64,000 bases of DNA, taken from NCBI GenBank assembly GCA_965645245.1, contig OZ287084.1, positions 310,001 through 374,000 on the forward strand. The letters run 5' to 3'. A program made the position numbers and the translations under genes. Source of the stretch: Massalongia carnosa (taxonomy: Eukaryota). Under the pieces are notes generated by a model. The model was given only the letters and a program-made list of their open reading frames with translations, searched no databases and was not told the origin of the DNA. This document shows positions 26,527-39,437 of the stretch, piece by piece; the first letter of the stretch is position 1; the number at the start of each line of letters is the position of its first letter.

Positions 26527-28440
26527 TCATCTGCGTATATACTCTGGTTTCCTCGCTAGGTTAACGACAGGCGGAGGCCCGTCGTTATCTGGATATGGTA
26601 AGTTTAAATAGTGATCTCTCCTTCGAGGAATCTCCGGCGGTCGTGAGGCTTGCGTGTCAGCAAAAGGGATCGGAGTCTTCGGAGGCAATGGAGGCGCGTA
26701 CCCCTCGATGCTTTTTCGTGGAGAAGGGAGACGCGAGCCGTCAGAACTTTCAGGCCGCTCGCTCCTGCGGCACTCGTTGCTGCTCCGATATGGCAACTCA
26801 TCGGAATGCCTTGGTGATGACTGGTCTGCATATCGGGAAACCTGAGCTGGAGTGATGGTGAACTTTTCCTGGGAGCTGTACTGTTGTTGATAAGTGTACG
26901 GATGAATTGCAGGATATTGCGGACCAGGTATGCTGAGTGGTCTTGGGTACAGAGATTCAATTTCCACGCCAGGGAGCTCGACTGCGTGGGAATCGGGTGG
27001 TGGAACGAAAGAAGGCGGATCCTGTTCGCATATTGGCGTAGGTGGTCTTGTCGAGTATGCTTGAGGTCTTCGTTGTTTTTCAGCGTTAGACATCGCCTGC
27101 ACCGCTCGATTCATGGTTTCCTTCGCCCCTTGGCGAGCCAGGTAGATGTTGGTATTGGTGCTGATTTCAGTCAACCGACTCCATTCGTTCATTGCGTAGT
27201 CACCAACACCTTCGTCGACATTCAGCCTAAAGTAATTCACTGCGCTCAGATATTGTTCCCCGAGACCTTCCTTTAACATTCTTTTGTGAGTGGTTTCACA
27301 TCCCTCGATTTTAGCAATCAAACGTTTCTTAGCTTCGACGAACTCGCTCATACCGCCGGCCAACCCTTCCCACCATTGCGTATTTGTTGCTGTTTTCTCC
27401 CGCATTCCCGTTCCTATGCTAAGAAATACAGCAACATTACGTCCTGGCCACTCACGTTTCACAGCTTCTTCAAGGACCTGGGGAGCTGGATTATAATGCC
27501 CACTCCCTTCATCTAAGAAAATAGATTTCCCGATTTGAATCGGTTTAAATGCAATACCTGTAGCACTAGTCGCCCGACCAGCTTGCCAGATTGTACAGTC
27601 GGGCTCAATAGAAGGTTCAGCAGGTGACTCGTACGATCTTAAGAAGACGGCATTTCCAGCCGTATCCCCTTTCAGAACAGCAGTTACGGCTCTAGTCAAG
27701 AATTAATAGGCAGGCTGTAGCGTGCTAAAATACTTTACTTACGTTTTTGTGCGATTCGGCCGTGAATCATAGAGAAGGGCATCAGATTTCCGCGGAGGTC
27801 GCACCCGAGTTGATGACATGGTACTCAATCGTTTTCCGACGTTGGCGTCTAGCGAAGATGTAGGTCTCCCGGTGCGATTGCTATACATGCTATCACGTCT
27901 AGTAGGGCTTGTTGGTGTATCTATCTCGGTATTCACACTATTCCTATTCGGTCCACTCCCCTTCTCATATTCTCGTACACAGTCCTTTATTGCGTCTTCC
28001 AGTTTCGAAGCCTTGAAAAGTGTATGTCTGTATGGTATCCCGGCTATAGTTTTGTCCGTCTCGAAAACTCTCCTCGTCATTTCAGCGTAGACATCCATAC
28101 AGTCTTTGATATCCATCCTCAATCGACCCAGCATGATCGCAATCAGCCCCCCAGTTCCGGTACCGGCAATGAGATCGAAATAGTCGCATGGTTTCGGCAG
28201 ATTGCGTCCATTGGGTGCTTCTCCTCCTGCACATTCTGACCCGACTTTGTACATGAAATTAGCAAGTATGATGAGTATCGAATAGCCTCGAACGCCTCCA
28301 CCGTCTAAAGAGATGCAATCAGCAAAGCATACATAGCAGCGGGATCCGGGTTCGAGAGGTAGTGATTACCGACCGAGAGAGAGTATGCGCAATGGGGTCC
28401 CTTTGGTTGTGTCGCGGCGGCGCAACTCAGACGATGCCAT
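26527..28440 (-). CDS. Patatin-like phospholipase-fold protein with Pro-rich C-terminus, 3 exons
   Basis: MASSELRRRDTTKGTPLRILSL|DGGGVRGYS; PCDYFDLIAGTGTGGLIAIMLGRL; CTIWQAGRATSA; FLDEG; FLSIGTG; YFRLNVD. Confidence 0.92.
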
Positions 28441-28725
28441 TTCGACGGCTAAGACTGGGAGAACACCCAGCGCTGGGGTTGCGGTTGAGGATAGAAGGAT
28501 GCGGCTATGAGATTTTGAGGAACCTTAGAGAGAGATGTTGTCTGACGGAGAGAAGGCGATTTAGTAATGTAGTTCCACGTTTGTCAGCTAGGACGCTAAT
28601 CCGAAGGAGCTCAGCGAAATAGGCTAACCCGGAGGGGCTTAGACGGCTTCTAGATCCCACGCACGTCTGAGGTACTGAGGCGCAGTCGTGATCATAAGGT
28701 CAGCCTTGAGCTTCGCAAGCCTTGT

Positions 28726-29152
28726 CAGTAAGCGCGGAGATCAAAAAAAAAACTACACCAAAACTTAACCGGGCTCAACTCTCCACCAAAACACAAGCAA
28801 TTTACATACGATTTTGATGGGGTAATCATCATTATTATGAATTCTAAACATATCGAGACTCCTACCAAAGCTAAAATTCAGGGAGCCGTTGAATTTTGCG
28901 AAAAGCAAGGCATTTATTATCACAAAGAGGATGGTTTTCGCACATTTGGTGTGGAACGTACGAGGGGCTATGCATACCTGCGCGAAGGAGCCTCACATCA
29001 TGTCGTTATCATAATAATTCCGATGTTTCTGAAGCTCGTGGGCGTCACAAAATTATTACGCCTAAATTGATTAGAGAAATGGAACGGCTATTGAAAGAAG
29101 AAGATATGAAGGCGCGCGTTCTTACATGAAAGCAATTGGGCTGCGAAGTAGC
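28726..29152 (+). mobile_element. Tc1/mariner-like DNA transposon 5' relic
   Basis: Putative TIR start CAGTAAGCGC; frameshifted transposase N-terminus TPTKAKIQGAVEFCEKQGI...EARGRHKIITPKLIREMERLL...ARVLT*KQLG; truncated. Confidence 0.6.
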
Positions 29153-31000
29153 GAGTAGATTCGGGACAGACCCCATCTGGCAGACCCCTCGTAAAGTTCT
29201 ACTGCTTATTAGGACTAAGCTTAAGCCTTATCCTCACAATTAACAGTCCATCCACTAATGCAACGTCCCCCGCAAGCTTTATATACCTACCTAATTGATT
29301 ATAATCCAGTCACTTGCAACATTACTTATTGCTGTAGTCAATTAGCCTCTGCTTATTTGATGAGGGGTAATCATCCCATATACTCAACGTTTATCATCTT
29401 TTCGATTACATTCTTTCTCTCAGTCATGGCCTCCGCCTTCATGGGCCAAGGCAATGTTAAATGGAGAGGCCGCCGTCAGATTACCGCCTTCCGCGCCCCC
29501 GTGGTACGAGGCCAGTCCAGAATATCTCAAGGAGCTGAGAGAAGCGCAAACGGCCCAACGGGCACATCATACGCGGCTCATGGAGCATCATATGAAAATA
29601 TGGAAGTCAACATAGGCGACTTATCAAAATCGCAATCCACTCCCCACCGAGGCTCAACAAGCTTTGCTTGACAAAAAGAGATTAAAAATTCCCAGCGTTT
29701 TGGCAAAAGCGGAGAGTTCACTAGCAACGCAAATTCGCACGGAGAAATCGGGCTAGCCAACTTTCTTTTCAACCGAAGGGTACCCAATGTAAACTCACCG
29801 GCGTGCATATGTGGATGGCCAAGGCAGACGGCCAAACACGTCATCATGTACTCAGCTGATAGACGGAAGAAATGAATTATTTAATCAAGTGAAAACTAAA
29901 AATTATCGCACGATAATTGAAAATTCCGCAAAATTGAAAAAGCTGACAGCATGGTTAATGCGGGCAGATATACTAAAACAGTTTTCAATTGCAGCGACCA
30001 TGCTGTACGGATAGTTCCCGTCGACACAGCATTTGAAATGTTTGACTTCTTCCCCTTTTCTTTCGTTCTTTTCCTTTTTCTTTCAAGGACCTCACAGATA
30101 CACGTTATTAGGTACACTGAGGGGTCATGGGGATCCCGCAGGCGATAATTCTGGTTACTAGGTTTTTATTCCTTAAAAGGTTTTCCTATGTACAATAGTC
30201 ATATAGAACCACGCCCGCATGGGCCGGCCTTCGGCCGGTGACATATCGGTGTAAGAATTTATCATCATCATCATCATCATGGCCTCCGCCTTATTTTCCC
30301 TAGATCAGAAAATTGAAAAGATCAAGGTCCTTCTCCCTTCAGCTCATTGTCTTCTCTCTCAAGAGAGAGAAGGTTTCGCTAGCTGAAAGAAGGGAAAGGC
30401 TCGCCTTCAGCACTATGCTCTTACTCAGGGGTTCGCGATAGTCATAAAATCTTTTCAGAAAACACGAAGAGTCATGTTATTAGAATGCACACGTCATTAT
30501 CGAAAAGAGACAAACATCAGAAAATGGACTGAGACAGACCGCCAACGAAAGAGTACGAAAGTTTCGTTCAATAACTGAAAATATAGAGTCCGCCTGAGAA
30601 AAAAAAAAGATGAGATCTGAAGCTTACTCTAGCACTCATCAACCCCGTACACAATCACTTCATGGCTAATGACTCTTTTAGTTTCAAAGAACATCATAAT
30701 AGGAACCCCGATCGAGCAGAAATCCTAAATCATGCGAAAGGTCTTCGCGATTCATGTATTAAATATACTCAAGCCTCAAGAACTTCATCTTTCGCAGAAT
30801 GATTATTATAATCTAGTTCGATCTGAAGGAAGTCATACATCAATGCTTGAAAGAAGGAGGGTTTCGCATGCGCCTGTTTGAAGAAATATATAGTTGAAAA
30901 CAACATACGGCAGCGACGTGTTGTGAAGTTATTTTTCTTCTGCAATAAACAGCAAATCAGATTAGTCGCAATGAGTTGTATATAATAGTAATTGTTGAAC
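29153..31000 (+). mobile_element. Mutator-like (MULE) transposon relic, interrupted at its start codon by a LINE; 3' end undefined
   Basis: From ATG 30279: RLQHYALTQGFAIV...ECTRHY...RKWTETDRQRKSTKV...*KY...VHNHFMANDSF (FAR1/WRKY-like C..C/H-N-H domain), then KKEGF...RRVVKLFFFCNKQQIRL; stops at W/C positions; putative TIR start GAGTAGATTCGGGACAGACC at 29153. Confidence 0.65.
29440..30276 (+). mobile_element. 5'-truncated non-LTR retrotransposon (Tad1-like LINE) with 16-bp TSD
   Basis: TSD TCATGGCCTCCGCCTT at 29424-29439 and 30277-30292; (ATC)n tail 30261-30280; ORF2 C-terminus KAESSLATQIRT-KIGLANFLFNRRVP...CICGWPRQTAKHVI (zinc knuckle). Confidence 0.9.
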
Positions 31001-34000
31001 AAAAAATCAACTAGGCATACGGCAGCGGGATGCAGGAGAAGAGGGTTTAGAGCTATCAAGGATAGGCAAAGAGAAGTGCTTGGCAAGCGTGATACAGGTA
31101 CTCCGTAATACTCCAAATTTAGCTATCTGCTGAACTGAATTCTGAACGACTGAATAGCTAAATTACATGAGGAATCACCGCTTCTTTATACTACTTGAAG
31201 GCCTTCATCTCGATCTATATCAAATGCATGAACCTGCTTCCTTTGAACATTTTCAGCCGGGCAAATACATCTTATTGCTGATCGGAGACATCGAGACACT
31301 CAGTGATCATGAACAGCTGAATTGTCTTCGAAATGTAGCATTTTTGCTGCATACCTTTGCCTCCTCGTAGTTGCCGAAGTCGTGCCGATATCTGAAGCTT
31401 TTCGCATATAGCATATGATTGCCTAATCTGGAAATTAGTAAGCAGGAGGCAAAAGAACCTCGGTCGCAAATATTCGGGTATCTCGGCAAATTCCAATAGA
31501 GCGACCCTTTTATTCAAGGAATGCAGTGCTATCGCCGGATAACCTGATATTCGACCATCATAAAACTCACGAATCATATGGTCCTTATGGCTGGCAACGT
31601 CTTCTAGAGTACCTTTTTCATGTGGTTCACGTCTTTGGGAGTATTTACATATTGTAACCCTAGAAAGGAAAGAGACTGAGCTAGAAGTTTTATAAACTTT
31701 ACGCCCATGGTACACGCAATAACCGAGAAGTTCGAAGGCTTTTTGTATGGTTACTAACCAGCTCGCGTACTAGTCACGCTCTATTTGCTTTAGCAATGAC
31801 CAATCCGAGGAAGTGAGATTTCCAATCATCATCAGTTATCCAGCTAACTGCCTGCTTGCTGGACGCAAGGACCCTTTCGAAGCTCAAAGTGAACAAAAAC
31901 TTTCTGAAGACGTCCGTCGTTCTTGAACTTACAGGAAACCTTCCTCGGTCTATACGGAGACACTTCCCCTCCCATAAGATTTGTTTATTGATCTTACTAT
32001 ATGACGGGCCTAATCCATACAGCAGATTCCCTACAGCGCTGGTTTCAACGCGAGAAAAGAAATGGCTACCGCAAAACGATAAGCATGGGGAGTGGATAGC
32101 GAGTGCTGTGGTTCTTTTGCTAGTAAGCTAACTGTGTTTCTTCTGAGACCCACTAGATCGTTGCTTCGCTCTTCCTTAACGAAGGAGAAATCCACTTAAA
32201 CCCGTGTCAATAAATGAAACATACGGCAAAGGGTTAGCTGGAAGCTAGGCCGTCCTATTTTATCCTCCACTATCACTCACTGAACAGATCCCATTATCAG
32301 ACCTGCGTCATCGACACGGAGCCGCCTCCTTCAAAACGCGCTTGCTGGCTTCATGCAAAACACTTACCGCACTCGTTGACATCATCTTGATCCTAACTAA
32401 CGAATACCAGCGCTCGAAAAGACAGAAGACAATCATCGGCCCTTTCCTATAATTACTTCAGTGTTGGCTCGTAAAATTGCTATCCGGGTGTATCGTTCTG
32501 TCCACTTGAATCCACGATGAGTTACAGACAAACGATTGAGCATGTTGTTGTAGCGATCGGAGCCAAACTCATGTTTAACAGGATTGTTTTGCACTGTCGC
32601 CGCCGAAATGTCTGCTACCGCCTGCATATAACAACATGACATCATATATAAGGCAGGCTGTTTCGGTGTACAGAGTATGGTAGATTTAGGATTTGTGCAT
32701 CAACCCCCACGGACCAATGCGACTATGTGCAATGGCATAACACTTCGTGTGCCCGGAGACGATCGCCGGTTGCACCAGCACAATGAATCAAACCTTCTCA
32801 GCAATCTTCGAGTAAACCAGGTCATTATCAGCCCTCAAACACCAATCTCCGTCATCATGAAAGTCTATCATACGGTAACTGCTCGTAGAGCCGAGCAACG
32901 CCCATGAGCAGTAGGCGCAATAGCGGGCTAGAAGCGTAGGTTTAATGCTTCTGATGTCGTGGAAGTGCTTCTAACAAAACGATGATGCAAACTAGGCGGC
33001 GGAACAGACGCGGACGATATTAGCCATCGCTAAGTACAGGATAAGTAGGCTTGGGATGGATAAAGCAACTAGTTAAACAGGAACGTGTTCAAGGGAATTG
33101 GGGGAAATACCATACGCTTCAGCTTTCAATGCACGATATACCTAGGAATAATGAGGTGCGTCTCACGAAGGTAGCTCTTCAACGTATGGTGCACGGTTGC
33201 AATCGTCTTGGTAGCACGGCTCGCCAGGAGGTTTTGGCGTTAAACCAACAGCGTTCATGACCTTGCGCCAGCCCCACTCTGGTGGAGAGAATACTTTGGG
33301 GCTCCATCATTGCATGAACTGTACTTATTGAAGGTAAAACCAAGCTCCAAGGGTACAATTACCAGATGTCCAGCAACACAGTTTGCTTCCATGCGTTCAG
33401 ATGTTAGTATTGGAGCTCATATGTAGCTGCAATGTTGACCCCAAGGCTTAGGTCATGTGGAAAGAATGGCAGTGCATATACCCAACTAGCAGACTTCTAA
33501 AGCCATTGCAAATTTACATCATCGTGTGCAAAGTGTATAACTATTGCTTTCGAACAGCTGTTCGAAGGGGTTACATCCAAGATATACAGATCGGAACAGA
33601 GCGGGGACAAGGTACCCAAAAAAGCAGTAGTCTTGGACTGGAATAAGACTTCGTTTTCTTGTTACTGATCGATTGTGTAGATAGCTGGCCGCATCCTCCT
33701 CTTGTTCGGGCCGGATAATTGCCGTGGCTGCATGAGGACAACCGTCAACCTACCGTCAAGAAAGTCGGAGTGCATATATCAACGAGAACCTAAAAACAAA
33801 GGGTCAAAAGTATCCCCTTAAGGAAGGACTCTCAGTCTTCCGGCTTGGGGGCGGCCACAGTGTTTATTATTCTTGTGCGGAATCGTCCCGGCGTAGGGCG
33901 CTTTGCTGTAGATAGGAACGGAAGGTGATCTACAGAGTAATATACTATCTAATATAGGGATGGATGACGTATGTACAGCTGGAACATAGTTATCCCGGTC

Positions 34001-34415
34001 ATGCCGAGAGAGGGTCCCGTGATCCCTGCAAAGCCAAGGGGAGCCGAGTTTAACGAGTGGACGGGGAACTAGAGCCGGAAATGCCGCTTCGAATATAGTG
34101 ACAATAGTGCCACATAGTGGCACATGGTGGCACAGTCTACGAACAGCAGGTTCGAGTACTATGTACCTATCTAATCGGCTTGAGACTGCTCTAAGTCTAG
34201 AACTCGGACTCATTTGATCATTCTCATTGCTTGAACGCTGCCTTGATTCGACTTCTTCCATCGCCTCTTTCACTACTCTGTAGTTGTTTCTTTCTCTTGC
34301 TCGTTGGAGCATCATTAACTCGACGTGAATCAATCCTTACCTTACCTCTACAAACCTCCCCTTCCCCCCTTCCCCCCCCACAATCCTACACCACATATGC
34401 CAGGTACTGCACGCA

Positions 34416-36674
34416 ATGGCTTCGTCGAGCAGAAATGCATTCCCTCGCCAAGAGACGTCTCATTCCCATCTCACACCTCTCTCCAATAATTACAGCCAAC
34501 CGCTTTCGAAGCCTTCGAAGAACAATGCGGCAACGGCGCAAATGACGGTACCAAATCCATCGCTTATGTCTCCCAACGGCTTGTATGCCAATGATGCCTC
34601 ATTGCACCAAATGGATCCGGAACGACAAATGTCCTCGTCGGCTTTGGCTCTCGAATATGGGATGAACGGGGGCCATGACAATCATGATGTGGAAGAAAAT
34701 CCCCGGAAACGCGCCACCAACGAGTCACAGGACTATCCCAGGAGAAGAGCCACAATTGCGGTGAATATCCCCATCTTGCCACTTCCTCTCCCTGGATGTA
34801 TGATTTCTAACACGCTTTAGTGTGAGGTCTGCCGAGGAAGGAAGTCGCGATGCGATGGCGCGAAACCGAGATGTAAATTATGTGCGGAGCTCAAGGTCGA
34901 ATGCATTTATCGGGAGCCAGGAATCAAGCTGGACGCAGGCCATAAACTGATCTTGGAACATTTGGATCGATTGGACGGATTCCTTCAATCGAGTTTAGGC
35001 GCTCTAATGAGGGAATCAGGTCTACGGGTTGACCCGTTTCTGGCCCCCAATGGCTCCATAATGAGTAGAGATAGCATAGAATTGAAGAATGGTAGCCATA
35101 CGGTGGATGGATATGGGCTTGCGCAGAGCGGGGGATGCGAATCACGCCCGGATCCGATGGCTCCACCTAAACCACAAACCACCCCAACGTTGCATTTACT
35201 GGAGTGGCCCAAGATCCGAGAACTGGTATCGCGATCGTACGACCCAAATATTTTGATGCAAGTGGAGATGAAACGGAAGCCATTGCAAGTGGGCGATTCT
35301 CTAAGCTTGGATCTCTCCAACAACGAGGCGTCCATCCAAGCCTTCTTCGAGGACGCCAATATCTGGTACGCATGCGTGAACCCATCCACCTGGACGGCGA
35401 CGTACCAAACTGCGCTATCGTACGGTTTCCGAGAAAGCCCCGAAAGCTGCTTGGTGCTCCTTGTTCTCGCCCTCGGCAACACCAGCAGTGCAATGGACGC
35501 GTCACAAACGTCTCGGGATGAGGAACCGCTCGGGATGCAATACTTCTCTGCAGCTTGGGGCCTCCTCCCTAGCTTAATGACGAGCCACGACATCCTAGCA
35601 TCACAATGCATCGTGCTCGCCTCGGCTTACCTATTCTACCTGATGCGTCCCTTTGAGGCCTGGACTCTCCTCAGCAGCACCAGCATGAAACTCCAATTCC
35701 TTCTCACCCCGTACGGCGACAACGCACCCCAGTTCAAAGAACTCACCAATCGCGTTCTATGGAACGCCATACTCTTCGAACGCGACTTGCTGACCGAGTT
35801 CGACCTCCCGCGCTCCGGCCTTCTCGCATATGAACCCTCGGTCGAAACCCCCTCGGCCTTTCCTCCCTCCTCTGTTCAGGACGACGACTCGCCCATCGCT
35901 CCTGACGAGCCATGGTACCTCCTCGCCAGCATCTCCCTGCACAAACTCCAGGCGCGTATTGACGAAGCCATCTACAGCAAAAACTCCCCAACCACAACCG
36001 CTTCCCTCGAACCCATTGTTACCGACCTCGAAACCCGGCTCTCCTTTTGGCACGATTCCCTCCCCTTTTCTCACCGCTTTTCCCCGCCGCAGCCATCATC
36101 TATCCACAACGCCAACCACCATGCAGCGGCGGAAACGTCTCTCCGACTCCGCTACCACTCTACCCGGGCTGCCATCTTCCGCCCCTTTCTCCTCGCCGTC
36201 CTCGACTCCCCTTCGCCTTCGCCAGCCTCCGCTCTTCCGCCTATTATTCGCTCTGCCTGCAGCAAATGCCTAGAAAGCTGCATGAACCAGCTCGAGCACA
36301 TCGGTGGCCTCGCCCACGACCATTATCCCCATCATCACCATCCGCCGGGAGGGGTAAGTAGCAGGCGTGCTTGCTCGCCAAACCTCTGGCAGGAGGCGCT
36401 CCTGGCGGTAAATCAGACGCTGCTGGTTATGGGTGCAAGCATGGTTTCTGGCCTGGCCGAGCTGCTGCCGCCGAAGGGGGAGCTGGACGAGGTGATCAGG
36501 AGGGTCGTTGGGGTCGTAGAGGGGCTTGGGGCGATGGCGCCGAGCTTGGCTATCGCTGGGGGTATTTTGAGAGAGGCAGAGGGAAGAAGGAGGGAGGGGT
36601 GGTGGAGGGATGGGGGGGTCGGTGTTGGTGTTGGCGTTGGTGTTGGTGGCGTGGGGGCAAACGGCGGGTTCTGA
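34416..36674 (+). CDS. Zn(II)2Cys6 transcription factor with fungal TF middle-homology region; intron 34761-34820
   Basis: YPRRRATIA|CEVCRGRKSRCDGAKPRCKLCAELKVECIYREPGIKLDAG; later SCLVLLVLALG, RVLWNAILFERDL, LRLRYH. Confidence 0.93.
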
Positions 36675-37562
36675 GGAATGGCGTACTCAGACAACCGGGA
36701 ACTACAGTTGGAAGTTCCGAATGACATAATCTATGGTAGGTGGCTCGAGGAGGGCAGTACGATAATATCCCGCGGGAAGTTCTGATGCCCGTTTCAGTTT
36801 CCATCCAACTCGATTCTTTCTGATCTTTGCGATCGAGATCCTACTGGCACAGGATCGCAGCTGGTGGAGGGCTATGCAATCTTCCACGAAGGCTCGGCTC
36901 GATCTACCTAGTTTACTGAGTCTGTCTAATATTCGTGCTAGGCACAGGGGGCCAGCAGATAGGTAGCTCTTTTATCTTATTTATACCCCCCGGAACACGT
37001 ATACATCCGAGAACCAGAATCTGTTTCTCTCTTTCTCTCTGCGCAACTCCTACAGGACCGTGATATCCAAGACTGTGATATCTACCATTGACCCAAACGG
37101 ATAGACTGTTACTTCTGGCTAAACATATCATTGAGACTTCTAGCACAGCTCCAACGTTTTCCGAGTTTTGTTTTTTTTCCTTCTCCCTCTCACTCTTACC
37201 CACCCGGCGTGTTTTGGCTCTTAACTAAAGCACATACATACATATACATCTAAAGTATCCCCCCGTTCATGAGGGCGAATCCTCCTCTTCTTCCGAGGAG
37301 AATTTCCACGTATCCGATCTACCTATCCATAACTGATCATTGAAATTTTACTATTAGACAAATCGGACGGATAGATGAGTATTCTTTCGCTTTCCTTTGT
37401 ATTTCCCTTATACCTTCCTTCGTTGCGTGGTTGGGTGGGATAGTATTAGTAGATCCTTTGAAGACTTGGATACTCTTTTTGATAGTAAACCGAAGTGTCA
37501 AGCGAGGATGGGGATGGGGGTTTGATTCGATGAGGGTAGGAGATGGGGGGGTTTGTTCGCGT

Positions 37563-37563
37563 T

Positions 37564-37600
<37 letters not shown>

Positions 37601-37612
37601 CGTCGTCGTCGT
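37563..37612. repeat. (GTT)n-(GTC)n microsatellite
   Basis: Direct reading. Confidence 0.95.
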
Positions 37613-38576
37613 TTTTGTTAACGGGGAAAATGGTTGGGATGAGTATCAGATGATGTCTTTAACTTGAGCTCATTTCATCCAATCTTCTATTTTGAAAAGA
37701 TAAAAAACCGAAAGCGATTCAACATAGATTCTCAGGGTTATACGAAACGAAAGGGAAGAAGAGCCCACCAAGCAAGGCACAGGGAGCCGAAATGGAAATG
37801 GAAACGGAAACGGGATAATCAACCAACTAAGCCAGGGACTCAAGGGGGGGAGACTTCAAGGGGGCTTGAATGTCGGTGAAAATCTTTTACTTTGATACAA
37901 TTCCTTATTTTTCTTCCCTTCTCTTCGTATTTCTTGATTTTGGGATTTGGGAAAGGCTTATTCGTACCGAGAGAGCTAAAAAAAAAATCAAAAGAAAAAG
38001 AAAATTTAGATAAGAGGTCTGGGATAGGCGGGATTCGTGATATTATAAGGGGGTGGAGGAGTGGTGGGAATAAGTCGGAATACATAGGTACTCTGAAGAT
38101 CCCCTATGTAGAGAAAACGAAAAAACCAGCCCCCTTTTCCAGCGAAGTTTCTCCGCCCCTGATCTCATAGATAGAACCCTCAATTTCACCCCCCCTCCAA
38201 TTAAAATTTTTTTTGGGAAAACCCCCCCTCCCCCCAATCGAATTGCTTCTTCCTATACAATTACAATAACAACAAACAAACACACAATTTACCACTTCTC
38301 CTCACAATCGTCAATCTATCCATCCATCACCTTCCGCCTATTCTCCATCCTCCCCCTCGGGGCCCTCTACCGCTCAACACATTCCAAACCGGCAGATTCC
38401 CCTTCAAGGCAGAACGTGCCAAGTTCATGTGAGTTCCGTGGCTTGTTGACATTTGATTTACGCATCAATCATCGTGTTTTTTTTCTTTCTTTCTTTCTTT
38501 TTTGCGGAATCGCGAGAATGATAGCAAGCAGAGCAATGCAAGTAAAGCGCGTCGACGGATGGGCAATCTGCTTGCA

Positions 38577-38577
<1 letters not shown>

Positions 38578-38608
<31 letters not shown>
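38578..38608. repeat. (CA)n microsatellite
   Basis: Direct reading. Confidence 0.95.
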
Positions 38609-39437
38609 CCCTCCGCCTGCAAGTCGCGATAGAGAGGTAAAGCATTTAGAAAAACCGAGGAGTTACATACTATTACAAAACGCAAGGGCGAGTCTTTGAA
38701 AAAAACTTTCTATTGGGAAATACGGGGGAATTCTCGACGGATTCCCCCCGCCCCCCTCCCCGGCGGGAGCTTCTCGCAGGAGAATGAATGACGAACAAGA
38801 CTCTTCACTCCTCACTAAAATCTGCCCCTCGTGGATGGGCCGTTTCCGCAGCGCCCACTTAGCCTGAGCGCCGGTCGTTCCCAGCAACAGTGAAAAAGGT
38901 GAGGGAGGTGCAGCGTTAGGCGTGTTAGCTTATCGAATGCCTTCCTAAATCGTATGGTCTGCAACAATCACTGTTACGTGGAGAAAAGCAGGGGAAGGAC
39001 GAAAATAGGAGGCTGTGCGGTCCAAGACGCCTTGGCATCTCGTGAGAACGTGCAAGGTATTCAAGGTTAACGAAAATGCGTACAGAGTGCTGGGTACTCA
39101 TACCTTTGGAGGAGATGGGGGGAAGGGGGGAAGCAATTTGCGACCTTTACCCATCAGGCTGTAAAAGTACTATGGTCGAAAGAAGGGCTATGCTTCTCCC
39201 TAGGGATCAGATAGTGTCCTCTTTCCCACATTTCCAATTGGCAACACCTTCATGATCATATCTTCGTTGTATCAATGTGGCCAGCCGCTATGTACTAGAA
39301 CCAATCGTCCACCAAACCAGCTGAAGACAGCAAAGGATATCATTCGGCAGATGCCACTCCTATCCCGCCGCGCTCTATGCAACGAGGAATCCCGCCTAAC
39401 GGATTGCATCATTTGCGCCACTCTATGTTTCAGGTTG

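Noticed and set aside
31000..33700. Scattered short ORFs
   Set aside because: Look like decayed TE or gene debris; no family could be recognised
33818..34333. 171-aa minus-strand ORF
   Set aside because: Lies in the promoter of the Zn2Cys6 gene; no domain or splice support
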